NCBI RefSeq assembly: GCF_006345805.1
Contig: NC_043000.1
Span: 89,342,001-89,406,000 of the forward strand
DNA from: Octopus sinensis
Taxonomy: Eukaryota
Reading direction: 5' to 3'
Length of the DNA stretch: 64,000 nt
Shown: one piece after another, positions 13,127-27,343 of the stretch
Position numbering within the stretch: the first letter of the stretch is position 1
How the letters are laid out: each line of letters starts with the position of its first letter
The notes under the pieces: generated by a model
The model's input: the letters and a program-made list of their open reading frames with translations, nothing else
Told to the model about the DNA's origin: nothing
Databases searched by the model: none
Made by a program: the position numbers and the translations under genes

Positions 13127-14663
13127 CTGTAAATAGTGAATATAATCGTTAATCAGTTCATTTCCTTACAAGATAATTATCTTCATAAACCTGTAAACTT
13201 TATAAAAATCAAATTCAATAGCGTCATATACTAATTTTTGTAATCTACATTCTCCATATTGTGAAGTAAAAAAGTTATTGTCGGTTTCATAACAGAAAAT
13301 AAAGTTCGCTGGTAATATATTTCTTTTGTTCTGCACGAAATTAGTATATTTTACTCTAAAACTAATGATGGTCGAGGCGTAGCAAATTACAATATATTAT
13401 TTTCTATGTGTCATTAGGAGAAAACCTGCGTTTGATTGGAAATGTCACTAATTTTTACATAAGCAATTATTCCTTGCATATGGTTGTGAGCCCTGAGCCA
13501 CTTACTAGAACCAGAAATGCCAACTTAGCACAATCTACATCTACGTTTCGCGAGCAATTTTTGATAATACCTGGATGTGAATATCGCAATGACCATTTCG
13601 GAAAATAATTCTTTTTTCTTGAGTTCTGATGAAAGACACTCAGCTAAGTACCAACAGATTTTGGGGAAACTTATAAAATGAGCTGCTACTTCCACAACCT
13701 ATTTAATTAGTTTACCTGATATATAACGAGAGGAAACAAGATTCACTCGTAGCTTAACATTTATAATTCTTTCTCTGATTAAGGAACATACTTTTAGATT
13801 TTACAATTGGGTGACATATATAAAAACGACTGAATCTAATCAATGCACCTAATCTATCTTTCTATGTTTGTCATATCTTAACTCCTCACAGACTGTCTCA
13901 ACTTTTTGTCGTACCTCACTATTACATTTTATCTCTCTACCTTTTTCTTATTCAGATTCTGTACGAATGAAATATTGAGGACGATGCCGAAGAAAAGAAA
14001 ATATAAGCAGAGCAGAAAAACAAGCTCTATTTCAGATTCATGCTTTTGTTATTCGTAAACCAGCCTGATACAATTCATCCTGGCAATAAATACCAATCGA
14101 AAATCACAAATACGAATTGTAAATGAAATAGATCAAACATGAATTGAATTTTCCTCAATTACTACTAACAGTAAACAATAAGAACAAACAAAGGTAAAAC
14201 ATAAATCGAAAAATAAAACATATAGTCGCAGGCGTGGCTGTGTGGTAAGAAGCTTGCTTCTCAACCACATGGTTGCAGATTCAGTCCCGCTGCGTGGCAC
14301 CTTCGGCCAATGTCTTCTACTATAGCCACGGGCCGAACAAAACTTTGTGAGTGGATTTCGTTGACGGAAACTGAAAGAAGCCCATCGTATATATATATAT
14401 ATATATATATATGTTGTGTGTGTGTATGTACATCGTTTGCCAACCGGTGTTGGTGTGCTTATGTCCCCGTAACTTAGCAGTTCGGTAAAAGAATTCGATA
14501 GAGTAAATATCAGGCTTAAACATATGTACTGGTGTCGATACATTCGACTATGAATTCTTCAAGGCGGTACCTCAGCATGGTCACAATCTGATGACTGAAA
14601 CAAGTAAAAGATGAAAGATAAAAAGATACTAAATCAAAAGCCAGAAATTCTATATGTACTAAC

Positions 14664-15230
14664 CTTCACAAGCTCGGAATGCCACGGCCTTCTTTATGTT
14701 GTTCAAAGCCTCAAAGTTATTGACCAAAAATACGTGATCTTTAGCTGTTGCTGATGCAATCTGCTCCAGTTCTGTCGGATAAACTTTGTTACCAATTCCA
14801 ATAGAAAATACGATAACGCCGTCTTTCTTGAGAGCAGCAGCTTCTTGAGCTGTCGTAACAGGAACGTTCGAACGTCCATCAGTAATGACAATTGCGATTT
14901 TAGGCACGTTGGAACGGGCACCGTTTTGAGAGAGAAAACTAGTTGTACGTATATAATGAATAGCTTCACCAGTATTTGTTGAACCTCCTTTGTATGGTAT
15001 TTTTCTGATTTCCTCCAATATCTTTGACATGTTGTAATATTTGTTCATATGAAAACGCAGCTTTACGTGATCTGCAAATGTTACAACACCCACATGAACA
15101 GAGTCTTTACCGACTTCAAAACTTTTCGTGATGGCATCGACAAATCTTAGCATTCGCTGGAAATTAACAGCCCCGACGCTACTTGATGCATCGAGTGCAA
15201 ACACAACATCTGCTATAGAGTAGTTGCATT
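14664..15230 (-). CDS. Exon 10: VWA domain 3 (single 567-nt exon)
   Basis: Acceptor atttcag|AA. Translation KCNYSIADVVFALDASSSVG...GGSTNT...ITDG...FRACE. Donor G|GTTAGT. Confidence 0.93.
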
Positions 15231-15951
15231 CTGAAATTAAAATAAAACTCTTAATTAAATGTAATTTTTTAATTCGTATTCATTTATACATTAAATATAA
15301 TTTTTATCAACAAGTAATTTTGATTTGCACATGTACCGTACATGTACCGTACATGTAATGTACCGTACATGTAATGTACCGTACATGACACATTACATTC
15401 CATATTTATACAAGACAAGTCAGCTTATAGGTGAAGATTATGTAAGATACCTAATGTATTCGAGGCGTTGGTCATATTTGCTTTCCAGAGTTTCAACGAG
15501 GTTTAAATGTATCATTGAAACTGAAATCTCTCACAAGGATTTTGAAATAAAGTAAATTTATATTTTCACTACGTTATATAAACTGTGGTAAGTAGCTTTC
15601 TTCTTATAAACGCCATATATACCAAATTTGAAGGCAGAAATCCAGAGAGTTTGTTTCTTAATTTATTATTTTTTTTCAGTCATTCCTATACGTCACACTG
15701 TGGCACTTCCTCAATCACTTAAGAGACAATAGGCAAACAAGGCCTCGCTAGAAGGTTACAGACTCGATACCACAGTATATATTTGTTAAATGCACCGCTC
15801 TATCGTTCCACATAGAAACATGATGTCACGCAAGTATAATTATGTGGTATGTGGGGTTCGATTCGCTACAATGGATTTTGAGCTGATAGTCAGGAGCTGT
15901 CCGGAATCTCGTCGTATATATATGTGTGTGTGAGTGTGTATGTATATATGA

Positions 15952-16021
<70 letters not shown>

Positions 16022-16038
16022 TATATATATATAATATA

Positions 16039-16078
<40 letters not shown>

Positions 16079-16488
16079 GGCGCAGGAGTGGCTGGGTGGT
16101 AAGTAGCTTGCTAACCAACCACATGGTCCGGGTTCAGTCCCACTGCGTGGCATCTTGGGCAAGTGCCTTCTGCTATAGCCCCGGGCCGACCAATGCCTTG
16201 TGAGTGGATTTGGTAGACGGAAACTGAAAGAAGCCTGTCGTATATATGTATATATGTATGTGTGTGTGTGTATGTGTTTGTGTGTCTGTGTTTGTCCCCC
16301 TAGCATTGCTTGACAACCGATGCTGGTGTGTTTACGTCCCCGTCACTTAGCGGTTCGGCAAAAGAGACCGATATAATAAGTACTGGGCTTACAAAGAATA
16401 AGTCCCGGGGTCGATTTGCTCGACTAAAAGGCGGTGCTCCAGCATGGCCGCAGTCAAATGACTGAAACAAGTAAAAGAGTAAAGAGTA
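16079..16488 (+). mobile_element. tRNA-derived SINE family A, full length; other copies at ~11065-11415, 14225-14627, 29725-30070 and fragments at ~615 and ~5550
   Basis: tRNA-like head with A box (tggctgggtgg) and B-box-like ggttcagtccc, an internal (TA)/(TG) tract, and a tail gaaacaagtaaaagag. Multiple similar copies in the window. Resembles abundant Octopus SINEs. Confidence 0.85.
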
Positions 16489-16521
16489 TATATATACATA
16501 TACATACATATATATATATAT

Positions 16522-16860
16522 ATGATGGATGTCTACTCCTTATGCAGAGTTTGACCACCTCCTGTACCTACACCTTAAAACCATTATGGCATCTGATGTG
16601 GCTTTTTAAACGAAAAAAATGTTCTGAAAAGACACTCACATAGATTGAACATCCAATTTGGACCACCAAGAGCTGCAGATAAGTTCTGAATTTTGTGGAT
16701 CTAAAATGCCTTCTGAGGCCTTCATTAGATTTGAAAACCTTCTGGTATACACTGCATTCAAAGGTGTGCACAGACATATAGACAGAATAGCTGGTGGAGG
16801 TTCGTTTTGCATGGTTTGACAAATGAGATCTGCGCCCAGCAAAAGAAAGGCATAGTCTGT
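16522..16860 (-). mobile_element. Degenerate retroelement 3' fragment with C2H2-like zinc-finger remnants (RTE-like tail)
   Basis: [19 protein letters not shown] plus a second broken CxxC..H motif. No splice context. Confidence 0.4.
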
Positions 16861-16900
16861 CACAAATATATATATATATACAACAGGAGCCCCTGACTTG

Positions 16901-16984
<84 letters not shown>

Positions 16985-17049
16985 ATAAATATATATATAT
17001 ATAATAATATATATATATAATATATATATACATTATATATATATATATA

Positions 17050-17092
<43 letters not shown>

Positions 17093-17417
17093 TATATATA
17101 TGTATATACATATACATGTATATATATATATACCCGTCTGAATATATATACATACATCTACATCCAAAATCGAACCAAAATCCTCACAATTTCTCATCAT
17201 TATCAATAACAAGGAGGAAGATATATTGTTTCAACCCGTAAATAGTAATAATACATTAACAAATAATAAACGACACAGATATTATTATAGATCTGTTGCC
17301 AGGCCTCTCGGATAATGTGTGTGTGTGTGTCTGTTTGTGTGTCTGTGCGTGTATATATATATATGTGTGTGTGTGAGTGCCTATGTATATATATATATAT
17401 GTGTGTGTATGTATATA

Positions 17418-18345
17418 TTGGGTCATCCCATAAACAATGGGTTTTTTCAATTGCATGAACTAAAAGTCGGAGGGAGCGGGATAAACTACCTGCATCAACT
17501 TGCTATAAAAGCAGGTAGTAATTTTACCTTGTCCTTATTCGTAGTGCAACTTGTGAAGAGTGAAGTTCCATTTAAATTTATTTTCCTAAAGCTATAATGA
17601 AAGTGACAAAGGCGCATATTCGGCATATTTTCCTTTATTAGTTCAATAAAGGCAACGACATAACGGTAAGTGCGAGAAATATTAATGCAATATATGGGGA
17701 TGGGACAATAAGGATAAGCTAGTGTCAACGGTGGTTCCAAAAATTCTGTGCTGGAAACTATAGCCTAGAAGATGAGTCTCGTCCTGGAACATCTGTAGAC
17801 CTCGACGAAGACGTCCTGCAAATCGTGATGGAACAAAACTCCATTGTAACTGTGGAGGAACTTGCAGAGGAGCTTAGATGTGGTCATTCAACCATGCATC
17901 GTCATTTGCCTGCCATCGGAAGTTTCAGCAAGTTGGGTCAATGGCTTCCTCACAAACATTCCGAATCTAATTGCGCTCATAGACTGAGTGTGTGCCCTTC
18001 TTTGCTGTCACGTCTCACGAATGAACATTTTCTTGGACCGAACAGTGACTGGTGACAAGAAATTGGTTCTCTATAAATATGTCAAGCGCTGAAGACAGCG
18101 GTTAGGGAAAGGTGAACACCGGCACCTCAAGTTATAGAAGGTCTTCACCCACGTAAGATGTTACCTGTTTGGTGAGATATATAAAAGGTTTAGTCCACTT
18201 TGAACTTTTAAACCCAAACCAAACGATAACAAAAGAGATCTGCGAGCAGCTTGAGCGGTTTAAGTCAATGCTAGAAGAAAAATTACCATCTTTGGTTTCA
18301 AGACCAAAGATATTCTTCCATCTGGATAATACTTGGCCACAGCTT
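17418..18345 (+). mobile_element. 3'-truncated mariner (DD34D-type) transposase pseudogene
   Basis: TA followed by TIR ttgggtcatcccataa. From ATG 17597: MKVTKAHIRHIFLY*FNKG...WFQKF...LEDESRPG...GQWLPH...VTGDK...FFHLDN, with stops and frameshifts. Confidence 0.85.
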
Positions 18346-20933
18346 CATACATTTAAAATCAGTCATCAAATTATTTTTATTATCAAAGTTTCCAAGTAAA
18401 CGATGTTCGTAATTTGCTAATTTTATGACGTTAAGCTATTGTGTAACATTAAGGTCGAGGATAAACGTGAAGAGCGGTTCCTCTTGAGAAACGTGAAGAG
18501 GGACTTTAAAGTCGAGTGAAACGTGAAGATGGGCTTCTCACGGATTTTATTTGAAATCCGTGAGAAGTTCCAAATAATGAAATTGCGATTTTCAAATTTA
18601 TTTACCGTATATTTTCTATTGAACTAAACTGGTTACTGGTAATTTGTGAAACGAACCTCATCATCATAATAATATGTTAAAGATGTTGTTTCTCTAGAAG
18701 AAAATCTAAAAACGCAGTGATATGCTGACCAAAATTGTATCAACGCAGAGCCGATGTTAAAAATTAGGCACCATTTGATTGATGGTTTCGCAGGTAGAAA
18801 AGGTGAGAAAATATTGTTCGCAAACACGCCCAGAGTGAAGAAAGAAGTGATGTTTTGGGAGAATTGATGTGTGTGTGTGTGTGTGTCTGTCTGTCTGTGT
18901 CTGTTTGTGTGTGTGTATTTCACCTGATGTATGAATTTGAATAGAATTGCTAAAATCTATTGCTGGAATTTTCTCCGGAAAGTGTTTAGAAAACAAAGCA
19001 GTGCTTTATTTCGGGCAATTGTCATGCATGATTTATTTATTTTAAAATAAAATGTGAAAGGTGTAAATATTTAAATCAATATTCAAAAGCGAGAAGGACC
19101 CTTCTTTGTAGCAATTATATATACAGATAGGAATGAGATCTTGCAACTGGGAAAAATTTCTAAATACCCTCGTGGTTTTAAAGGTACCAAAAGTATACCA
19201 GGTCATTGACTTCTTTAATGTAAATGCTGTTATAATTACAATTGCATTTAACAAATGGTTAGTTAAGTGAGAATTAGAAATATAGCAAAAACATCGTTTT
19301 CTTCTTTGACAATTCTTCAGCATGCAAATAATTTGTCATTAAAGATCGTCAAAGTAATTTTCTTGTTTTCAAAGACTACATCGTTTAATTTAACCATCTT
19401 GCTAAGGCATTCGCTGAGCTTTAAAGAAATTTGAACAACTTAAGCTGGCATCAGTAATTATTAAAGTTAACGTGATGAAAATATAATTGCATAATGGATT
19501 TGTATAAGTTAACAAGAATGAAGGCAATGAAGCAAGTTTCATGGAGAACTGTCGGAAATTGCTTTAAAATAGTTTCTATGCATAAAAGCCTAAATCAGAA
19601 GAATTTGAATAAATTTGAACAATATAAAGTTTCACTGTGAGTTAAATAAAAATATAACCACTATTTTCTGTGCTACTGATGTGCAGAGAAAAGGAAAGAA
19701 TTCATTGACGGATCGTTTCATGGTTCATTAACTTCTCTGCAAACAGGATTTACCTGGTTACTCTTGCCATTGTATAGAATATATACAAGCGGGATATAAC
19801 GTCTGAAATAGGCTAGCGACACGGTACATTGTCTTATTTGCATATTTGTGCATGTAATGGCTAATCAAGGTATCTATTTTATGCGACGTTACAACGTAAA
19901 ACAAAACAGCTGAAAAATATGATATTGTATAGCCTTACTCTTGGTTAAATATTACCTCTATACTACAGTTCTGTATACTATTGATTGTGGACGAACCCAG
20001 GCAACTCGTATCTTTGAGGAGCACTGAACAAACTACGAAACAGTCCCTCATACTATTTCCCTCACATCAGCAACATAGAAAGAATGTGAATATATTCTGC
20101 TTCAACCTAAATGATTTACTGTGGAATCCACAAATAAAATCCCCGCTAGAAACATTTATACAGTCATTGAATAGGAGAGTTTCAAATATCCACGCCGCCA
20201 AAATAAAAACTAGTACTGTAGGGTAAACGCTATTTATACTAAGCTCAAACCCGAGGACAACTGTAATGGCCAATCTAAGTAAGGTACTCTTATTCATTGA
20301 CCGCGTTTTTAATTAATTGAAGATTTATGCACATCTCAGCGTAAATTAGTAAAAGTGAAACAAATAACTCAGCCGTTTTTGAAATCTACAATGTAAACAT
20401 ATGAAGTAATGCAAATAGTTGTCGTATCCTATCCATGTACAGAAAGTAAGCCGTTGATTATTTTTTGTGTGCATTCAAAGAAAAGTAAATGTATGTACAT
20501 TACTTCATATTTTTTACAGCGAGGCTTTTAAAACTGTAGCTATGTATGTATGTATGCATGCATGCATGCATGCATGCATGCATGCATGTATGTATGTATG
20601 TATGTATGTATGTATGTATGTATGTATGCATGTATCGATGTATGTATGTATGTATGTATGTATGTATGTATGTATGAATGCATGTATCCATGTATTATAC
20701 ATAGGTGTATTAGCAAGAAGCAGGTGTAATTATGTGAGAGTGCTCAAATTATCATATCATTTGTCCAAATATTGTCCGTCGGTAAATGTCATCGGAAAGT
20801 CCGTGTTTGTAATTGTAATCAGAAAGTGACGGTAATTGTAATCAGAAAGTACAAACTACTTTTCTATACATAAATACATGTATACATACATACACACACA
20901 CACACACACAACACACACACACACACACATATA

Positions 20934-20972
<39 letters not shown>

Positions 20973-21164
20973 GTTTGAATGTCTGTGTGTATAAATACAA
21001 ACATATACATGTCTATATGTCATATATATATATGTGTGTGTTATATATGCCTGTATGTACATATATATATATATGTATGTGATATATATGTATATGCATA
21101 TATATATATATGCATGTGTGTGAGTGTGCATATATGCATGCATATACATATATACAGATGTGTA

Positions 21165-21203
<39 letters not shown>

Positions 21204-21218
21204 ATACGTACATACATA

Positions 21219-21789
21219 TCATCCCATAAATGATGCGGTTTTTTCAGTTGCAGGGGGAAAACCACCTGCATCAACTTGCTATAAAAGCAAGTAGTAATTT
21301 TACCTTTCCACTTTCAACTTTTAAACCCAAACCAAACCATAACAAAGGAGATCTACTGCGAGCAGCTTAAGTGGCTTAAGTCAGCGTTTGAAGAAAAACG
21401 ACCAACTTTGGTTTCAAGACCAAAGATATTCTTCCATCAGCAAGGAATGCATTCCAAAGTTTGTAGCTGTTTAAATGGAAAACGATGCCCAACCCACCAT
21501 ATTCGCTGGACATTGCCCCATCTGATCATCATTTATTCCGCAGTCTTCAAAATCATTTGGACGGAAAGAATATGAATTCTGAAGACGAGGTCTGTGCAGT
21601 ACTAGAGTAGTATTTTTCGTCACGGACGAGTGAATTTTGAAAGAGGGATCTTGCAAGCCTACCAAGCAGATGGAAGAGTATTGTAGAAAACGAAGGATAG
21701 TATATTTTAGATTAAAAAGGATCTTTCTTATCCTTAAGTTTGAAAAATATACGTGTTAAAAAAAACGCATTAGTTATGGGATGACCAAA
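21219..21789 (+). mobile_element. Internally deleted copy of the same mariner family
   Basis: Both TIRs are present (tcatcccataa / ttatgggatgacc). The 5' UTR is joined directly to mid-ORF sequence. It encodes PPYSLDIAPSDHHLFRSLQNHL, the YSPDLAPSD motif. Confidence 0.85.
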
Positions 21790-22545
21790 TGTGTATAAAC
21801 TGGCTTTTGCAGTTCGTACAATTCAGTCATTTCACTCACTATTATATATCAGTAAACAGCTGTGTTGTTAGTAAAAAAATACCCAACGTACTACAGAGCA
21901 GAATGGAATCCAAGCTTCATGGCTGTGAAAAGAAGTTATTGACCACGGAGATATACCTGCTTTCAAACAAAAACGTTCATTTTTGAAAATGTTTGTGGAT
22001 TTCAACCAAATTTCTTCCAGTATTTGGGCGTCTTATATATTTCAGATACTGAGTGTATACAGCATTATATTGTGAAGAACTTTCGTTGCGATCAGGTTTT
22101 AATTTCTATTGATATTTAATAGGAGTGTTCTGGCCAACATCATTCTATATTAACGTAAAAGAGCAGTGATTTATAACCATATATGCCACTTATTTACAGC
22201 TTTTCAGATTATGGAATAATGATTTAATGTGACTTGGTCCTGACCTCAGCACAGCGTTAGTAACAGAATATGACCAGTAATTCGACGCTTTAATAATTTA
22301 GTAACCTGTAATAATTTTCATAAAGGTATGTATTACGTTACAACTAAACTTTAACGCTACGTCTCATATACCACTGTATATTATCGATGTTTCAGTTATC
22401 AGAAAAATTCGTTTGTTATTCCTCCCTGTTATTTCCAAACATCTGTTATATTTAGTGAAGCACATATTCGTAAAAGAAGGAACACACACAAAAGTAATTA
22501 ATACACAATTTGTCTCATTCAAAGAAAAATTAAACGATTTATACA

Positions 22546-22595
<50 letters not shown>

Positions 22596-22771
22596 CCTCT
22601 CTCTCTCTCTCCCTCTCTCTCTCTCTCTCGAAGAAAAAGAAGAAGAAGAAGAAGAAGAAGAAGAAGGTTCTTGAAGCATGACCAGTAAACTAGTGTCACC
22701 TTAGTCAGCTGGCTGTGGACAGCTGACACTTTCAATCATACCCAGCAAAATAAGGTGTGAGTTTTCATCAC

Positions 22772-22830
<59 letters not shown>

Positions 22831-23034
22831 CCTTTCTACTTTAAGCATAAAGCCTGAAATTTAGGAGAGGGGTTAAGGCGATTACATGACCCTAGTGATC
22901 CACTGGTACTTATTTTATCGACCCCGAAATGAAGAAATGTAAAGTTGAGCTCAGAAAGTCTTTTAGACGGACGAAAAGCTGCTAAGCATTTGCCCGGCGT
23001 GCTAAATATTCTGCTAGCTCGCTACCTTTAACAT

Positions 23035-23560
23035 TTCCAACAAAACAATCTTCACGCAGTTATGAGGACACGGTGGAAGGACTGTACTACCAATGGAGAG
23101 GTTCCGCTCCGGGCTGGACTGCCCAGCATTGAAACTGTCATTTCACGATACCGTCTCCACTGGTCGGAACATGTCATATGTAAACCACCAACGCACCTCT
23201 CCTGTCAACCCTTCTTTGCACTGTTGATTTTAGGTTCTAGACCATGCTGAGACTCCAAATTCCGTTTTTAAGACCAGCTCAAGGCCACTCTACTTTGCTG
23301 CTCCATTGACTCAAATACCTGGGAGAAAATTTCCAAGGATCGCCCAAAGTGGCAGCCTGCCATTGGAATATAACAAACGTGAAGAGGGAGAGATCAGGCG
23401 TTGAAGACACAAAGAACGATTCGCACATCCCCGTCCTCCATCAACTCTCCCCAGTTGTAAATTCCCCGGGCTCTTCTGTGCCAACTTTGGCCTGAATAGT
23501 CAACTCAGGCACCATCACCCTTCGTACCATTGAATATGAAGAAGTTCAATCATTAGCTAC
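23035..23560 (+). mobile_element. RTE-clade LINE 3' fragment
   Basis: WKDCTTNGEV..AGLPSIETVISRYRLHWSEHV...FKDQLKATL...IDSNTWEKISKDRPKW, typical of the RTE ORF C-terminus. Confidence 0.75.
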
Positions 23561-23599
23561 GGATTGATCTACTACAAGGGCACGAGTTAATGCCAATTA

Positions 23600-23662
<63 letters not shown>

Positions 23663-23696
23663 ATACATATACATATATACACACACAGAAACAAAC

Positions 23697-23740
<44 letters not shown>

Positions 23741-23834
23741 CTATAATAATATAAGTAATATATATGCATATATTCATACTTATATGTACATACATCTATA
23801 CGTATATATATATATAATGCATATGTGTGCACAG

Positions 23835-24400
23835 GACGTCATGAAATGTGTACAAATAAAAATACGAAGTACGAGTACATTGAATATCAACTATTTTTTC
23901 GAACTACGAAAGACAGAAATGGAAAGCAAGACAAACAACTTAAAGAACGTCCCTTCGTCAGTTGTTGGCTGTTTTCCTACTCTCTTGTTTCGAGCATTTA
24001 ACAACAATATACGCTTTCGATAAAATAGTTGCTGCCACAAAGCAAATTAATGAAATTTGGGATTTTGCGGAGGGTCAAAATTCGTAACACAAACAGCACA
24101 GTGAAAACAAACAGGAAGGGCTGCTAAGCCTTAACTAGCTTGTGGTGGCGAACACGTAAATCAAGCTTGGACAGGAGACAGACAAGAACACGTCTTCCCT
24201 GTTCCAGCTACAACGGAAAGAAAGAAACACAATTTAGAAGAAAGAAAGATGGCCGATGGTCACGTGGGAGCTACGTGAGCAAGGGAGGAGTATTGAGGGA
24301 GAGAGAGTGACAGAGTAATAGGATAGAATAGTGGGAGAAGAGGAGGTAAAAGAATAAGAGAACGATAAAAACTAAAGAGTAAAAAGTTGGTATAGAGTGC
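23835..24400 (-). mobile_element. Interspersed repeat (probably Penelope-like terminal region); related copy at ~45880-46450 on +
   Basis: Both copies share ...cgaaa...gagtag...acaactgaYgaaggg... and a CT-rich segment, in opposite orientations and flanked by (TA)n. Confidence 0.5.
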
Positions 24401-25055
24401 GCATCATAATTAAGATAAAACTTACTTATACATACATATATATGTATGTATATATTTAAGTATGCACCTATGTACGAATTTGTATGTGTATAATATTCCT
24501 TTGGATTTTTGGGGTTATGTTCTGCCTCATGGTTTACTGAATAAGCTCCGAAGTCACTAGAATGTAGTGTAAAACTATGCCCAAGTTAGATTGATGATGA
24601 AAAAGAGAAAACGTTTAAGTTATGTGCCTTTTTTGTATTGGTCATGTCCATACGTAAAATAACACGAAGTCAGTAGATCGTCTCAACTATCATTACAAAA
24701 CATGACTCCATGTGCAGCCTTCAACATCTACTATTCAAAAGGGTTATTCAACTCAACAGTTACATGCTACCATTTATAGCTTTATATGCTTCAAGATTTA
24801 GTGTTTCAAAAAGAAAATATTTCGCATTCTCTCAAAACTTTGCAAAATTCTTATGATGTCAACAGCTTACAATTCCCGCTGATAAAAATAACGTTTTGAA
24901 AACTGAGAGAGAAATTTATAGGAGAACTCTTTTGATGTACAATTTCATGGTTTTCCGAAGTTTCAAGTTTAGTTTGAGGGATAGCAAGAGGTCAGTAGGC
25001 GAAGTAATATGTTTTATGAGAAAAATGGCTTGTTAGAGAAAAATGTTAGACTTAC

Positions 25056-25082
25056 TTGGTGCTGGAGTTGTTGGAAGTTCGG
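25056..25082 (-). CDS. Exon 9: 27-nt Pro/Thr linker micro-exon (TELPTTPAP)
   Basis: tttttttcag|CCGAACTTCCAACAACTCCAGCACCAA|GTAAGT. Phase 1-1. Confidence 0.85.
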
Positions 25083-25560
25083 CTGAAAAAAATAAAACGA
25101 TATCAAATATTAATGCAGAGATATTTCATGTATGTACGTATTCGCGTATGTGTTTAGTAAACTTATCTGCGTAGGCATGTATATACAGATATATATAGAT
25201 GTGTGTGTGTGTGTGTGTCTGGGTCTGTGTATGTATATGTGCGCTTATATGTATAAATATGGAAATGTGTGCGAGATTATATTTACGTATATAATATATA
25301 TATATTATATATATATATATATATAAATTTATATAAATAAGGATAAGATCGTTAATTTAAAATAAAATAACGATCTTATCAAGTGGCCAGCATGGAAAAA
25401 ATAACCTTCAAAGGTAATAATTATTAAACTAAATTTTTTACCAGTTTCATCTTGTCTCTTTGTCTTCTCTCTATGTTGCTATATGAACACTCAAGGTGAT
25501 TTTAGAGTCGGATCATGGCTGCTATTTTCAGCATGGTGGTATCTCGTAGATTCCCTAATG

Positions 25561-25592
<32 letters not shown>

Positions 25593-25747
25593 TGCATGCT
25601 TATACATATATATCCATATATATCTGTATGTGTATATATCCATATATATATGCTATATATGCATACATGCGCTTGCGCGCGCACACACAATGACACACAT
25701 GCACACACACACACACATGCAAGCACACACAAGCACACATATGTATA

Positions 25748-26413
25748 CACGCGGATAAGTCAAAAGTAATCCGAACTTTAGCCGTAGCATATCTTCATTA
25801 TTGCTACAGTCCCTTCTGCGCATGCGTGCTTATAGTTGGCACTATTGTAATCACATGATCGAAGCTTAAGCCTGATAGCACCATTTTTCTTTTTGGCTTT
25901 GCAGTGCGGTCATGGCTGCTCCAATGGCAATGTGCACCAAAGAAGAACAAAGAGCAGGGATCCGAGAGATGATAATGGTGAACAGGTTCATCATTACCGT
26001 CTCTCGAACTTGCAGAATCTTGTCAGTGGTGGAGGTTGACGGGTGTCCTACTCATCTTCGTGTGTTACACTTTTCCGGCTACTTTTAAACTTCTCGATTC
26101 AATCATTCACACTTCTACGCGGTGGTGCACTGTACCCGTATTGTGCTAAAAAGTCGCCGATGAATTTCAACGCCTGACACCTTCCGACCAGAAAAATCAG
26201 ATCATTGATCTTTGTTCTTCTTTGGTGCGCATCGCTAATGAAGCAGCCATGCTTACACAGTAAACCCAGAAAGAAAAATTGCACAAGCAGGCTCAGAATC
26301 GATCACGTGACCACAATAGTATCAACTATAACCACGCATGCGCAAAAGACGGTGTGACAATGATAAAGATATATTACGGCGAAAGTGCCAAAAAGTTTTG
26401 ATTTTCCATCATA
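25748..26413. mobile_element. Fold-back element made of two mariner 5' ends in inverted orientation
   Basis: The + arm encodes MAAPMAMCTKEEQRAGIR. The - arm encodes MAASLAMRTKEEQRSMI*FFWSEG..EIHRRLLAQYG. Symmetry centre at 25984/5. Confidence 0.75.
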
Positions 26414-26911
26414 TAAAGCTATACAAAATACTATGTAAACATTGGGCACAAAAAAGAATTTGGATAGAAAAACAAACGAAGCCTGCCTATGGGACTTGAA
26501 CCCACATCATCTGTAGTCATGACAAAGGATTTACTATTGGGCCAAAGCTCTCCTTCAATTTCAAAAGAATTTGTAAACATTAGAGAGAACGTAATTTAAT
26601 TATTTTTGGAATATTGTGTGAATAGCGTTATGTGATGTGCCTCGAAATCCAATATTCCGAAAGAGAATTATTTCACGTCTCTTCTAAAATTCATAAATTC
26701 TCAAGACCTCAGCAATATACAATTCTCGCGGCTAAAAATAAACTCTCCGAATTTGATTCTCAAATTGAAGCCTAGCTTTGGCCTAATAGTACAACCATCG
26801 TCATAACTGCAGGTTATGTGGGTTCAAGTCTCATAGGCAGGCTTCATTTTTTTTTCCTACCCAAATTTATTTTTGTACCCAATGTTTACATACTGTTTTG
26901 TATAGCTTTAT
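26413..26911. repeat. Element with ~137-bp inverted arms, each containing a tRNA-like segment
   Basis: ataaagctatacaaaa...gggacttgaacccaca...ccaaagct pairs with agctttgg...tgtgggttcaagtctc...ttttgtatagctttat. Confidence 0.7.
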
Positions 26912-26963
26912 GTGATCTGCCACGAAATCCAATGTTATAAACAAGAATTAAAATGTATGTATG

Positions 26964-27002
<39 letters not shown>

Positions 27003-27158
27003 TACACACACACATGTGTACGTATATATACATGTATTCATGGTTGTATGAATGCATGTATTATGTATGTATGTATGTATGTATACATACATACATACAT
27101 ACATATATACATATATACATCTATATATATACATATACATACATACATTTTAATTCTT

Positions 27159-27264
<106 letters not shown>

Positions 27265-27343
27265 ATATATATATAAAGGCTATTGCGATGAAGACGACTG
27301 TATCAACGATGCAAGCGATGAACGTGACATAATTTGTACTTAC

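Noticed and set aside
18460-18532. Three spaced copies of aaacgtgaaga resembling a CRISPR-like array
   Set aside because: The repeat is only 11 bp, the context is eukaryotic and there are no cas genes. More likely subterminal repeats of a DNA element.
19754-19802. Possible extra minus-strand exon (ttcag|...CCAG|gtaaat)
   Set aside because: At 49 nt it would shift the frame, and the peptide does not resemble the linkers.
20067-20297. Hydrophobic ORF that looks like a signal or membrane peptide
   Set aside because: No recognisable domain and no splice sites fitting the gene's phase. Likely a chance ORF in decayed repeat sequence.
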